Positions 1 through 7,657 of a stretch of 17,301 bases of DNA are shown piece after piece. Position 1 is the stretch's first letter. Every line of letters starts with the position of its first letter. The stretch is from positions 1-17,301 of the forward strand of contig JAEOUG010000023.1 in NCBI GenBank assembly GCA_016839445.1, in the 5' to 3' direction. A program made the translations under genes and the position numbers. This stretch comes from Candidatus Thorarchaeota archaeon. Its GTDB lineage: Archaea > Asgardarchaeota > Thorarchaeia > Thorarchaeales > Thorarchaeaceae. Under the pieces are notes generated by a model, which ran no database searches, was not told the origin of the DNA, and was given only the letters and a program-made list of their open reading frames with translations.

Positions 1-95
1 CGCGATTTGAACGCGCGACCTTCTGGAGTTTTGATCTCCTGGGAGATCCAGAAGGCTTGCAAACCAGACGATCTGCCGGGCTAATCTACCGGCCC
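1..95 (-). tRNA. tRNA-Ala(UGC) with a 30-nt intron (window 57..28, probably at position 37/38); 3' end lies outside the window
   Basis: Minus strand reads GGGCCGG TA GATT AGCCCGGCA GATC G TCTGG TT TGC A [intron] T CCAGA AGGTC GCGCG TTCAAAT CGCG. D-arm, anticodon stem TCTGG/CCAGA and T-arm are all present. TTTG/CAAA gives a 4-bp central helix next to a 3-nt ACT bulge (BHB/BHL-like). The G3:U70 Ala identity pair cannot be checked because the 3' acceptor strand is cut off. Confidence 0.85.
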
Positions 96-195
96 ACTTG
101 TGCCATTTGCCGCCAGAGGACTAGCCATCAAAGACGGCTGTGTTCATCCCCTGAGTGTGATTGTTTTAACCCTTACGCTACGAAGCGGAGCGCCC

Positions 196-816
196 TTAGC
201 GTTCAGATTCCTGCCTCGCCATGAACTCATCGCGCACAGTGTCTATCCAGAAGGGAGCTCCACGAAGCTTCGAGGCCTCCTCTGCATCAAGCTCCTCGTA
301 TTTCACTAGAGACATATCCTCGGGGAGGATGCCGCTTGTCCCGGCGGGGTCCTCCAGCACAAGAGTGAATGGATATTCTCCTCGAACTGCAAGCTCGATA
401 TTCTCGAGGATTGCGGCTGCATTGCTCCGCTCCTCCTCACTCTCAGCAAAGCTCTTCGCAGTCTCGACCACGCCTCTCACCCTGACGAGCAGCCCCTCCA
501 CGTTTGTGATGAAGGAGTCAGCAGCAGGTCCAGGTTCGACATCTATGCCGAAGTCTGGAAACCTGATTGTACCCGAGCTGGATCGGACAACTCTTACTCG
601 GAGAAGGGACTCATCAGAGACTCGTAGTGAGAATCGGCTTGGTTTCCGCTGCTCTGCCGAGAATACATCATTCTGAGAGAAGCCACAGTCGGGACACTTC
701 ATCGTGAATACGGCCAGCTCATTGAAGAAGGGAACACTGTAGAGCATGGATTCCACTTTCAGACTGCCACTGGAGCACATGGGGCACTGTAGAACAATGT
801 CTTCACTAGAATCCAT
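196..816 (-). CDS. zpr1: ZPR1-type zinc finger protein (archaeal single-module ZPR1)
   Basis: CPMC...VPFFNE...CPDCGF...D motif plus RVVRSSSGTI, PGPAADSFITNVEGLL and FTLVLEDPAGTS, all typical of ZPR1. ATG 816 is preferred over 861 because a CTTATA box lies about 30 nt upstream (847-852). Confidence 0.92.
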   Translation of the reverse strand: MDSSEDIVLQCPMCSSGSLKVESMLYSVPFFNELAVFTMKCPDCGFSQNDVFSAEQRKPSRFSLRVSDESLLRVRVVRSSSGTIRFPDFGIDVEPGPAADSFITNVEGLLVRVRGVVETAKSFAESEEERSNAAAILENIELAVRGEYPFTLVLEDPAGTSGILPEDMSLVKYEELDAEEASKLRGAPFWIDTVRDEFMARQESER

Positions 817-844
817 TCTGACCAATCCGCCTTTGAGAGGTCGT

Positions 845-853
845 CCTATAAGG
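845..853 (-). promoter_or_regulatory. Putative TATA box for zpr1
   Basis: Minus strand CCTTATAGG about 30 nt upstream of ATG 816, matching archaeal spacing. Confidence 0.4.
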
Positions 854-990
854 CTGACCATGTGGCAGCTCTGAATACATCCGTAGAAGGCTCAAAAGCA
901 CAAGCCGTCAATCTATTGTGACACACCTGACGCCAGCAGTCGTCAATAGGGATGCACGACTAATATCGGCCTAAGAGAGGAGTAGACTCG

Positions 991-2184
991 ATGGATATCA
1001 ACAGCATCTACATCATACGGCGAGATACCGGTGTCTGTATCTACAGCAAGGACTTCACCGGTTCAGCCTTCGACCCTCAGCTGCTGTCATCCTTTCTCGT
1101 GGCTATGACGTCCTTCTTCGACGAAGCAACGCGGTCTCTTACTTCTCAGGCTCGAGCCTTCGAGGGAACTGACTACACGATTCTGGTTGAGTTCGGGGAC
1201 TGGACACTCGGAGCCATCTCCACCAAGGCGGACACCGCAGATACTCGTGCCAAGCTCAGACGCATGATAAACAGGTTCGAAGAGCAGTTCAATGTCCTTA
1301 GGTGGGTAGACATTGATCTTGCCGTGCAGACAAGATTCGAGAGGACTGTCATTGACGAGTTCATCCGAGACGCAATTAACCCAGAGACCGTGATTGCAGT
1401 GAAGCCCGAGTGGCAGCACTACACTAGAAGGCCGGATGTGGTTTCGTTTCTCAGACTCATTCCGGCGATCTGCACTGTCCGAGATGCAGCAGGGTTTCTT
1501 GAAGTGCCGGTGGAGATTGCGCTTAATCTGACGGCCGAGGCGCTCTGGGAGAATGCCATATCGGTTTCAAACCCCCTCAAGCCAGACGATATCTACCAGG
1601 TTACTACAGTGACCACGCCAGCAAGACCACGATCGGATCTAAGCCCTCGCGCGGCATTGGCGCTGTCACAGCTCGATGGAGAGACTCCGCTCTCGATTGC
1701 TGCTGAACGGCTTAGGACAGCCGACCTCAAGAGGTTTCTCGATGAGGTGGCATTGCTTGAGCAGAGGAGGATGGTTGAACTCGTTTCTCCCTCGCAGGCA
1801 GTTGTAGTGAGATACTCATCTGCCATCCAGTCTATGCTGAACCGATGCTCAAACATCGTCGGCGTGACCACAATGCGGAATGTCTTCTTCGATTCGAGAG
1901 ACACGATTTCGCCCACTTACTCTTGGCTATCATATGTAACGCTCGAGAATGGCGTGGACTTCGAAGTGAGAAGCACACTGACTTCATCGACACTGAAGGG
2001 CGCAATCGAGCCAGATGCATTGGCAGATGGATTCCGCGTGATGATGCAGTTCATGTCGAGGAATCTGAGAGACCTGGTCGGGGCTGAAGTGGTCAATCGG
2101 ATCATAGCCAAGACAAAGGATGAGGTGCAGTCTAGGTTCCCGAGCACGTCCTACCAGATAGAGTGGGAGGCAATACTGACCTAG
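991..2184 (+). CDS. Longin-domain protein with two winged-helix-like repeats (NPRL2/NPRL3-like architecture) and a helical C-terminal domain
   Basis: N-terminus IYIIRRDTGVCIYSKDF...DPQLLSSFLVAMTSFFDE...LRRMINRFEEQF fits the Asgard longin pattern. Residues ~151-205 and ~220-265 look like wHTH units (LRLIPAICTVRDAA..., LSQLDGETPLSIAA...). GAGAGGAG RBS upstream. Confidence 0.8.
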   Translation: MDINSIYIIRRDTGVCIYSKDFTGSAFDPQLLSSFLVAMTSFFDEATRSLTSQARAFEGTDYTILVEFGDWTLGAISTKADTADTRAKLRRMINRFEEQFNVLRWVDIDLAVQTRFERTVIDEFIRDAINPETVIAVKPEWQHYTRRPDVVSFLRLIPAICTVRDAAGFLEVPVEIALNLTAEALWENAISVSNPLKPDDIYQVTTVTTPARPRSDLSPRAALALSQLDGETPLSIAAERLRTADLKRFLDEVALLEQRRMVELVSPSQAVVVRYSSAIQSMLNRCSNIVGVTTMRNVFFDSRDTISPTYSWLSYVTLENGVDFEVRSTLTSSTLKGAIEPDALADGFRVMMQFMSRNLRDLVGAEVVNRIIAKTKDEVQSRFPSTSYQIEWEAILT

Positions 2185-2211
2185 CATTCGTAGGCACAAG
2201 AAAGAAAACTA

Positions 2212-3030
2212 GTGCTGCCCTCAACTGGAGAGGACAGCTCAGGAGTAGGAATCAACTTGTCGGATGGAAACGGGCTTGGGACACTACTTGTCCTGGTCAC
2301 AGGTGTCATCATCGCGGCTCTGGTCTTGCTGCTTATGACACTTGGATACGGCGACACTTCACAGGCCATCGCCCTCCTGTTTGCCCCGACATCAGCCCTC
2401 GCGTTTGGCCTGCTCGGGATGAACTTGTTTGGACGTGACGGACTCGTCAAAACGGATAGGTTCGTATCCATGAATGTCTGGTTAGCACTTGGCCTGGTAA
2501 TCCTGACACTTGCTGAGATTGCAGGGATAGTCATGGCCTTCGTAGGCAGTCCTGACCAGGTGTGCTTCACTGTCGGCCTAGTACAGATGCCCGGACTTCT
2601 TCTATGGGGCCTCGGTATCATAGGCTACCTCAAGTCTGTCAACCAATCTCTCGATTTGATTGAAGAGGAGCGTCTCTGGCCTATTCTGGTCTTCGTGGCA
2701 GTCATGGGCTCACTCATCTTGGTCGCCGTGGCCATCATAATGTTCCCAGAACGTAGTCCCTTGGCGGTTCTTGTGTCTGCGCCCACTGTAGTCTGGGTCG
2801 GCATCATTGTGTCAATCACTCTAGGGCTATTACTGTACTTCAGAAAAGGCATGATAGCCAGACCTCTTGGATTGCTCTTCCTGGCCCTTGTGATCTACTT
2901 CATCAGGAGCGCACTCTGGGTCATGAGTGAGTATTGCCAAGGGGACCTATTGGACGACCTTCTGTCAATAGAATCCTACCTGTTGATTGGTGCGTCCTTG
3001 ATGGAAGCAGCAAGGTTCGAGAGAGGATAG
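2212..3030 (+). CDS. Polytopic (7-8 TM) membrane protein resembling standalone membrane sensor domains; start codon uncertain
   Basis: Long hydrophobic segments throughout. WLALGLVILTLAEI and FRKGMIARPLGLLFLAL...DDLLSIESYLL resemble membrane input domains of kinases/cyclases. Begins 27 nt after the longin gene on the same strand. Confidence 0.7.
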   Translation: MLPSTGEDSSGVGINLSDGNGLGTLLVLVTGVIIAALVLLLMTLGYGDTSQAIALLFAPTSALAFGLLGMNLFGRDGLVKTDRFVSMNVWLALGLVILTLAEIAGIVMAFVGSPDQVCFTVGLVQMPGLLLWGLGIIGYLKSVNQSLDLIEEERLWPILVFVAVMGSLILVAVAIIMFPERSPLAVLVSAPTVVWVGIIVSITLGLLLYFRKGMIARPLGLLFLALVIYFIRSALWVMSEYCQGDLLDDLLSIESYLLIGASLMEAARFERG

Positions 3031-3042
3031 AGGGCACGAGGT

Positions 3043-5106
3043 CTAGGATTCCTCAGCGCCCCGCTTCTCCATCATTTCTCTGATCTTCTCGCGCACTTCT
3101 GGTGGGAGCCTCTCTGGATGCTCCATGAGCTCCTTCATCTTCTCAGGAGGGATTCTCATTCCGCCCGCCTCGGGAGGAGACATCCCCATGGCAAACATCA
3201 TTCCCGGAGCTCCCGATGCCATCTTCACCTGCTCTTCCACCTTCTCAACCTCAGTCTTGGCGACCTCGACGGTTTCCTCAGAAATTTCTTCAACTCCTTG
3301 GTGCGCATAGTATGTGTCGTAGAGCGCCTTGAAGACTCCTCCAAGAGCCAAGAGCTCCTCGTGAGTCCCCTGCTCCACTAGTTCACCATGGTCGAATACG
3401 AGTACTCGGGAAGCATGGGCAATCGTGGTGAGTCTGTGCGCGATGACGATAGTTGTCCTGTTCGAGAACAGCCGTTCCTGAGCATCCTGAACCAGTGATT
3501 CGCTGTAGGCATCCAGTCGACTTGTCGCTTCGTCAAGGATGAGTATTCTTGGGTCGGCCAACATCGTCCGGGCGATAGTGACCATCTGCCGCTGTCCTGC
3601 ACTCAGGTTCTTGCCGCTTTGGATGACCTTCGTCTGATATCCGTCTGCTAGCACTTCAATGAACTCGTTCGCACCAAGAATCTTGCAGAGCTCGATTATG
3701 TCCTCATCCGATGCCTCTAGGTTCCCATATCTGATGTTCTCCATTATGGTGTCATCGAACAGGTAGGGCTCCTGCGGTATTAGGGACATGGCTCCGTGAA
3801 GGGTGTGCAAGCCCACATCCTTGATGTTCTGATCTCCGATGCAGATATCACCCTCAGTGGGGTCATAAAACCGATTCACAAGTGCGGCTATTGTCGTCTT
3901 CCCAGCTCCTGTGTGCCCTACGATGGCCACAGTTTCAGTAGGATTAATGGAGAAGTCCACATGCTTCAGGACTGGAGTGTCCTTCACATACTCAAATGAA
4001 ACATCTTTGAAGTAGATACCATCGCTGTCTGGACGCAGAGGGACAGATGAGGGGGAGTCAGTGATTGCTGGCTGAGATTCTAGAACATCGGTGACCCTGT
4101 CCATGGCCGCGAGCGAGGTCTGGACTTGAGTGGCCATCATGCTGAGTCCAAGTACAGGGAACAGAATCCCTCGCACCAACGAGATGCCCAGGAAGATGTC
4201 GCCTAACGAGAGAATGGGTAGAGCACCCACTGCAAGTGACCCAGCTACAAACAGCATCGCAGCTATGGCAAACTGGCCAATAGCCATCATCAGAGGTTGC
4301 ATTGAGGACATCAGAATCATGAACCTGAAGCCGTACTTGTATGCCTTCTGATTCAGCTCCAGCAGTCTGTCCGCAATCTCGGTTTCGCGGTTGAAGGCCT
4401 TGGCAACGTGGATTCCGCTGAGGTTCTCTGCAATCTGCCCCGAAACCTCTCCAGATGCTCGCTGGGATGCAAGCATGATCCTCTGCCCGACTGTGCCGAA
4501 GAGCGCCGCAATGAACAGGATTCCGGGCACAACAACCAGAGAAGTCAATGCAAGGAACGGTGACATGAGCCATAGGAGGATGAAGGAGAAGACGAGGGTC
4601 AGAATCTGGCTGGCAAAGCCAATGAGAACATGAATTCCTGTGCTTAGGCTTGTGGCATCACTCGTGACTCTGGATGTGACGTTTCCAGCCTGCTCGGCCT
4701 TGTGATAGGACAGGTCAGCTCGTACCAAGTGCCTGTATACATCTTCCTGTACGTTCTGAACCAGCCCTGCTTGAGCAACTGACATGATCCACGTGTTTGC
4801 CCCACCCATTACCCAAGAGGCAACAGAAAGTAGTATGAACAGCCCTGTCAGAGTCAGAAGGACATCGAGAGAGCCCACTAGATACACAGAGTCGATTCCA
4901 TCCCTGAGAAGAAGAGGAGTGATTACGCTGAGCACTGTTGAGGCGAGAGAGAGGATTGCTCCAACAAGGACTATCCGCTTGAATTTTCCAAGATACTTCA
5001 CCATTTTGCCGAGAAGCACTCTGACCGGGCGGCTTCTCTCCTCCTTCTTGCCCATGAGCCTCCGAGGGCCTCTTGGTCCGGGCCCTCCGGGTCCGTGCAT
5101 GCCCAC
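3043..5106 (-). CDS. Heterodimeric ABC exporter subunit (TMD+NBD; TM288/EfrB-like, consensus Walker B and H-switch)
   Basis: N-terminal TM domain, Walker A GHTGAGKTT, Q-loop PQEP, signature LSAGQRQ, ILILDEATS, IAHRL. GTG start overlaps the TAG stop of the upstream subunit. Confidence 0.95.
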   Translation of the reverse strand: MGMHGPGGPGPRGPRRLMGKKEERSRPVRVLLGKMVKYLGKFKRIVLVGAILSLASTVLSVITPLLLRDGIDSVYLVGSLDVLLTLTGLFILLSVASWVMGGANTWIMSVAQAGLVQNVQEDVYRHLVRADLSYHKAEQAGNVTSRVTSDATSLSTGIHVLIGFASQILTLVFSFILLWLMSPFLALTSLVVVPGILFIAALFGTVGQRIMLASQRASGEVSGQIAENLSGIHVAKAFNRETEIADRLLELNQKAYKYGFRFMILMSSMQPLMMAIGQFAIAAMLFVAGSLAVGALPILSLGDIFLGISLVRGILFPVLGLSMMATQVQTSLAAMDRVTDVLESQPAITDSPSSVPLRPDSDGIYFKDVSFEYVKDTPVLKHVDFSINPTETVAIVGHTGAGKTTIAALVNRFYDPTEGDICIGDQNIKDVGLHTLHGAMSLIPQEPYLFDDTIMENIRYGNLEASDEDIIELCKILGANEFIEVLADGYQTKVIQSGKNLSAGQRQMVTIARTMLADPRILILDEATSRLDAYSESLVQDAQERLFSNRTTIVIAHRLTTIAHASRVLVFDHGELVEQGTHEELLALGGVFKALYDTYYAHQGVEEISEETVEVAKTEVEKVEEQVKMASGAPGMMFAMGMSPPEAGGMRIPPEKMKELMEHPERLPPEVREKIREMMEKRGAEES

Positions 5107-6992
5107 TACGGAGCACCCCCACGGGGAGATGATACAGCAAGAAGCGCTTGAGCTCCAGGAAGTCTCTCGAATACCCTCCGGTAGTGTTCAGAGTCTCTCA
5201 ATAGCTCTTCGTGAGTTCCACTCGCAACAAGGCGACCCTTATCGAGAATAATGACCATGTCTGACTCTATGAGAGTTCGAAGGCGCTGTGTAACAGTGAT
5301 GCTGGTCCGTCCTCGCATTACTTCATCCAGCGCCTTTCTCATGAGATACTCTGTCTGGGCATCAACAGCGCTCACCGAGTCATCCAGGAGTAGAATCTTG
5401 GGATCCTGGACAATTGCGCGAGCTATGGCCAGCCTCTGCCGTTGACCTCCGCTCAAGGTCATACCGCGTTCTCCAATCATCGTGTCGTATCCTTCAGGTA
5501 GCCGAACAATGAATTCATCCGCCTGGGCGCGCTTCGCCGCTTCAACAATCTCCTCATCTGTCGCATCCGACCGACCAAAGGCGATATTCTCGCGTACAGT
5601 CATCCTGAACAGGAAGATGTCTTGTTCTACAAGACCGACGACGTCTCTGACACCCTTTGTACACACGTTCCGAATGTTCACGTCCCCCACTCGAATCTCG
5701 CCTTCTGTAGGGTCGTACAGCCGGAGGAGGAGTTTCAGGAGCGTGCTCTTCCCCGCACCAGGGCCGCCGATCAGGGCGACTCGAGACCCTCCGGGGATAG
5801 TAATGGAGAGGTCTCTTATTGCATAGTGTGGTCTGCTATTCTCCACTCGACCATATCTGAAGCTCACGTTGTCAAACACAATGTCACCTGTCCATTCAAC
5901 ATCGGTGACCTCTTCCTCGGGCTCTGACATCGGATCTTGCCAGTTCAGGAGATCCACTATCCTACGAGCATTCACATAACCACCGCGAAGCATGAGAAGC
6001 ATAGCGGGAAACTGGAAGTTGAGACCCTGAAGGGAGGTCAGCAGCCCGAGGATCGTGACCATCTGCCCCACATCCAGCACACCAGCAATCACGGCGTATC
6101 CAGCATATGCGAAGGCAACGGTGGTCATACCAGCAAGTATGAGAGCAGGTAGGTAGAAGGCGGAGAGTTTGCCCTCCTTTGCATTGAGCTCCTCCTGCAT
6201 CTTGCTGACATCGTGGAACTTCTTAACCTCGATATCTTCTGCATCGAATGCTCGCACGACCTCAATACCCTGGAAGACGCCCGTCGTGACTGATGTCAAT
6301 TCCTCGAGATTCTCCGAGCGTCGACGTCGCACCGGTTCTATCGCATTGGCGTAGCGATACGAGAAGGCCAGGTAGATTGGTGCACCAATCAGCATAATGA
6401 GTGTGAACCCATATACGGGCAGTGTGTAGCCACCCAGCGTGATAGTAAACATCGTACTCACACCCGGGAGGAAATCTACTTGGATGAGAAGGAACGCGGT
6501 GAGGAAGAATGAACCAAGTCCTGTAGCGATGTTCCGAATTGCAGGATTGAGTGAAAAGCGGACGAAGAAGATGTCCTGCATCGCAACAGAGAGCAGACGT
6601 TTGCTGTCGAACTCATCATGGAAGGTCATGCTATTGACTTGAAGAGCTTCGAAGAAGTCCTGACGAGCATCTCGTTCCCATCGAAGAGTCAGAGTGGCCC
6701 AGACATAGCCTCCAACGAAGTAGAGACCCATATAGATCAGGGCGAAGACTACAATGAGCCATACATATGACATGAATAGTGCTGTAAGTGCTCCAGTCTG
6801 CAGGATTTCAGTCACTGCCCTGCCGATGAAGACTGACGGGAACACTGTAAGTAGAGTAGACGTCATCACAAGCAAGAGACCAATGCTTGCCAGAACCTTG
6901 TTACGTGTCATGCCGCTCAGCATGTATCTCCAGGGAGTCTTGCGGATTGTTTCGCCGCCGTTGCTTCTAGACATTCTATGTGGCTCCATCAT
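5106..6992 (-). CDS. Heterodimeric ABC exporter subunit (TMD+NBD; TM287/EfrA-like, degenerate catalytic residues)
   Basis: Walker A GGPGAGKST, signature LSGGQRQR, Walker B LLLDDSVSAVD (E to D), switch TQRL (H to Q). Confidence 0.95.
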   Translation of the reverse strand: MMEPHRMSRSNGGETIRKTPWRYMLSGMTRNKVLASIGLLLVMTSTLLTVFPSVFIGRAVTEILQTGALTALFMSYVWLIVVFALIYMGLYFVGGYVWATLTLRWERDARQDFFEALQVNSMTFHDEFDSKRLLSVAMQDIFFVRFSLNPAIRNIATGLGSFFLTAFLLIQVDFLPGVSTMFTITLGGYTLPVYGFTLIMLIGAPIYLAFSYRYANAIEPVRRRRSENLEELTSVTTGVFQGIEVVRAFDAEDIEVKKFHDVSKMQEELNAKEGKLSAFYLPALILAGMTTVAFAYAGYAVIAGVLDVGQMVTILGLLTSLQGLNFQFPAMLLMLRGGYVNARRIVDLLNWQDPMSEPEEEVTDVEWTGDIVFDNVSFRYGRVENSRPHYAIRDLSITIPGGSRVALIGGPGAGKSTLLKLLLRLYDPTEGEIRVGDVNIRNVCTKGVRDVVGLVEQDIFLFRMTVRENIAFGRSDATDEEIVEAAKRAQADEFIVRLPEGYDTMIGERGMTLSGGQRQRLAIARAIVQDPKILLLDDSVSAVDAQTEYLMRKALDEVMRGRTSITVTQRLRTLIESDMVIILDKGRLVASGTHEELLRDSEHYRRVFERLPGAQALLAVSSPRGGAP

Positions 6993-7518
6993 TTAGTCGA
7001 TCAACAAGTGACGCTATCTTTGCAGACATCTCTTTCAGATGTTGGAGCAAATTCTGTCGCTGTCGTTTGGTCAAGGAATCTGCTAGTGTGTTGAAGGACT
7101 CTACTGAGTGAATCATCCCAATGGTGTGGAAGTTGAGGCGCTCCTCGGGTTCGAGAAGTTTCTCCCAGAGCCGGGGGCCAAGACGAGTCTTTTCTCCCAC
7201 AGCCCCACGCCGATGTTTGATAGCAAGATCAATGCGCCTTCTCCCTTCATCAGTAAGACGATAGGTCTTGCTTCTTCCCTCAGTTGAGGCAGCCTCAATA
7301 ATGCCGTCTTCCTCGAGGGATGACAACAGAGGGTAGATCGTGCCAGGTCCAGGATTCCACTCCCCGTCGGTGAGTTCGTTGAGGCGTTGCATGATATCAG
7401 CCCCAGTCATCTCGTCGGACCGCAGGAGTCGGGGAATGACATGCCTAAGAAGCCCCCTAGGTACTGATTGTGGCATCTCCAGATGGTCACATTCGTGTTG
7501 GGGATCTTCCTTACTCAT
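6976..7518 (-). CDS. PadR-family transcriptional regulator
   Basis: RGLLRHVI..LL...MTGADIMQRL......W.PGPGTIYPLLSSLEEDG.I.......K.YRLTDEGR matches the PadR wHTH. ATG 7518 is preceded by the GGTGGTGA RBS; the ORF overlaps the downstream ABC gene start. Confidence 0.93.
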   Translation of the reverse strand: MSKEDPQHECDHLEMPQSVPRGLLRHVIPRLLRSDEMTGADIMQRLNELTDGEWNPGPGTIYPLLSSLEEDGIIEAASTEGRSKTYRLTDEGRRRIDLAIKHRRGAVGEKTRLGPRLWEKLLEPEERLNFHTIGMIHSVESFNTLADSLTKRQRQNLLQHLKEMSAKIASLVDRLNDGAT

Positions 7519-7530
7519 GCTCACCACCAG

Positions 7531-7577
7531 TTCCAATATCGGATGCGATTATCGGATGCGATATAAAAGTATTGGAA
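7531..7577 (-). promoter_or_regulatory. padR-ABC promoter with TATA box and tandem palindromic operator
   Basis: Minus-strand TTTTATAT at 7568-7561. Exact 13-bp direct repeat TATCGGATGCGAT at 7537-7549 and 7550-7562, each containing ATCG-N4-CGAT. Flanking 8-bp inverted repeat TTCCAATA (7531-7538) / TATTGGAA (7570-7577). Confidence 0.75.
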
Positions 7578-7657
7578 GGGTCTATGACAACGAGCACAGG
7601 GCAAGTTTGATAAGACCGGTATTTGGTGTGACTTAGAAATCCTGAGAGTGGAGACAC

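Noticed and set aside
1-200. tRNA as an integration site for a mobile element
   Set aside because: No integrase, att duplication or phage genes in the window; the tRNA 3' side lies outside it.
5106-6992. Degenerate Walker B (DD) and switch (Q) as a sign of pseudogenisation
   Set aside because: This is the normal non-canonical site of heterodimeric ABC exporters; the partner subunit has the consensus residues.
7537-7562. 13-bp direct repeat as a mini-CRISPR or target-site duplication
   Set aside because: Two abutting copies with no spacer and no cas or transposase gene nearby; position at the TATA box fits an operator.
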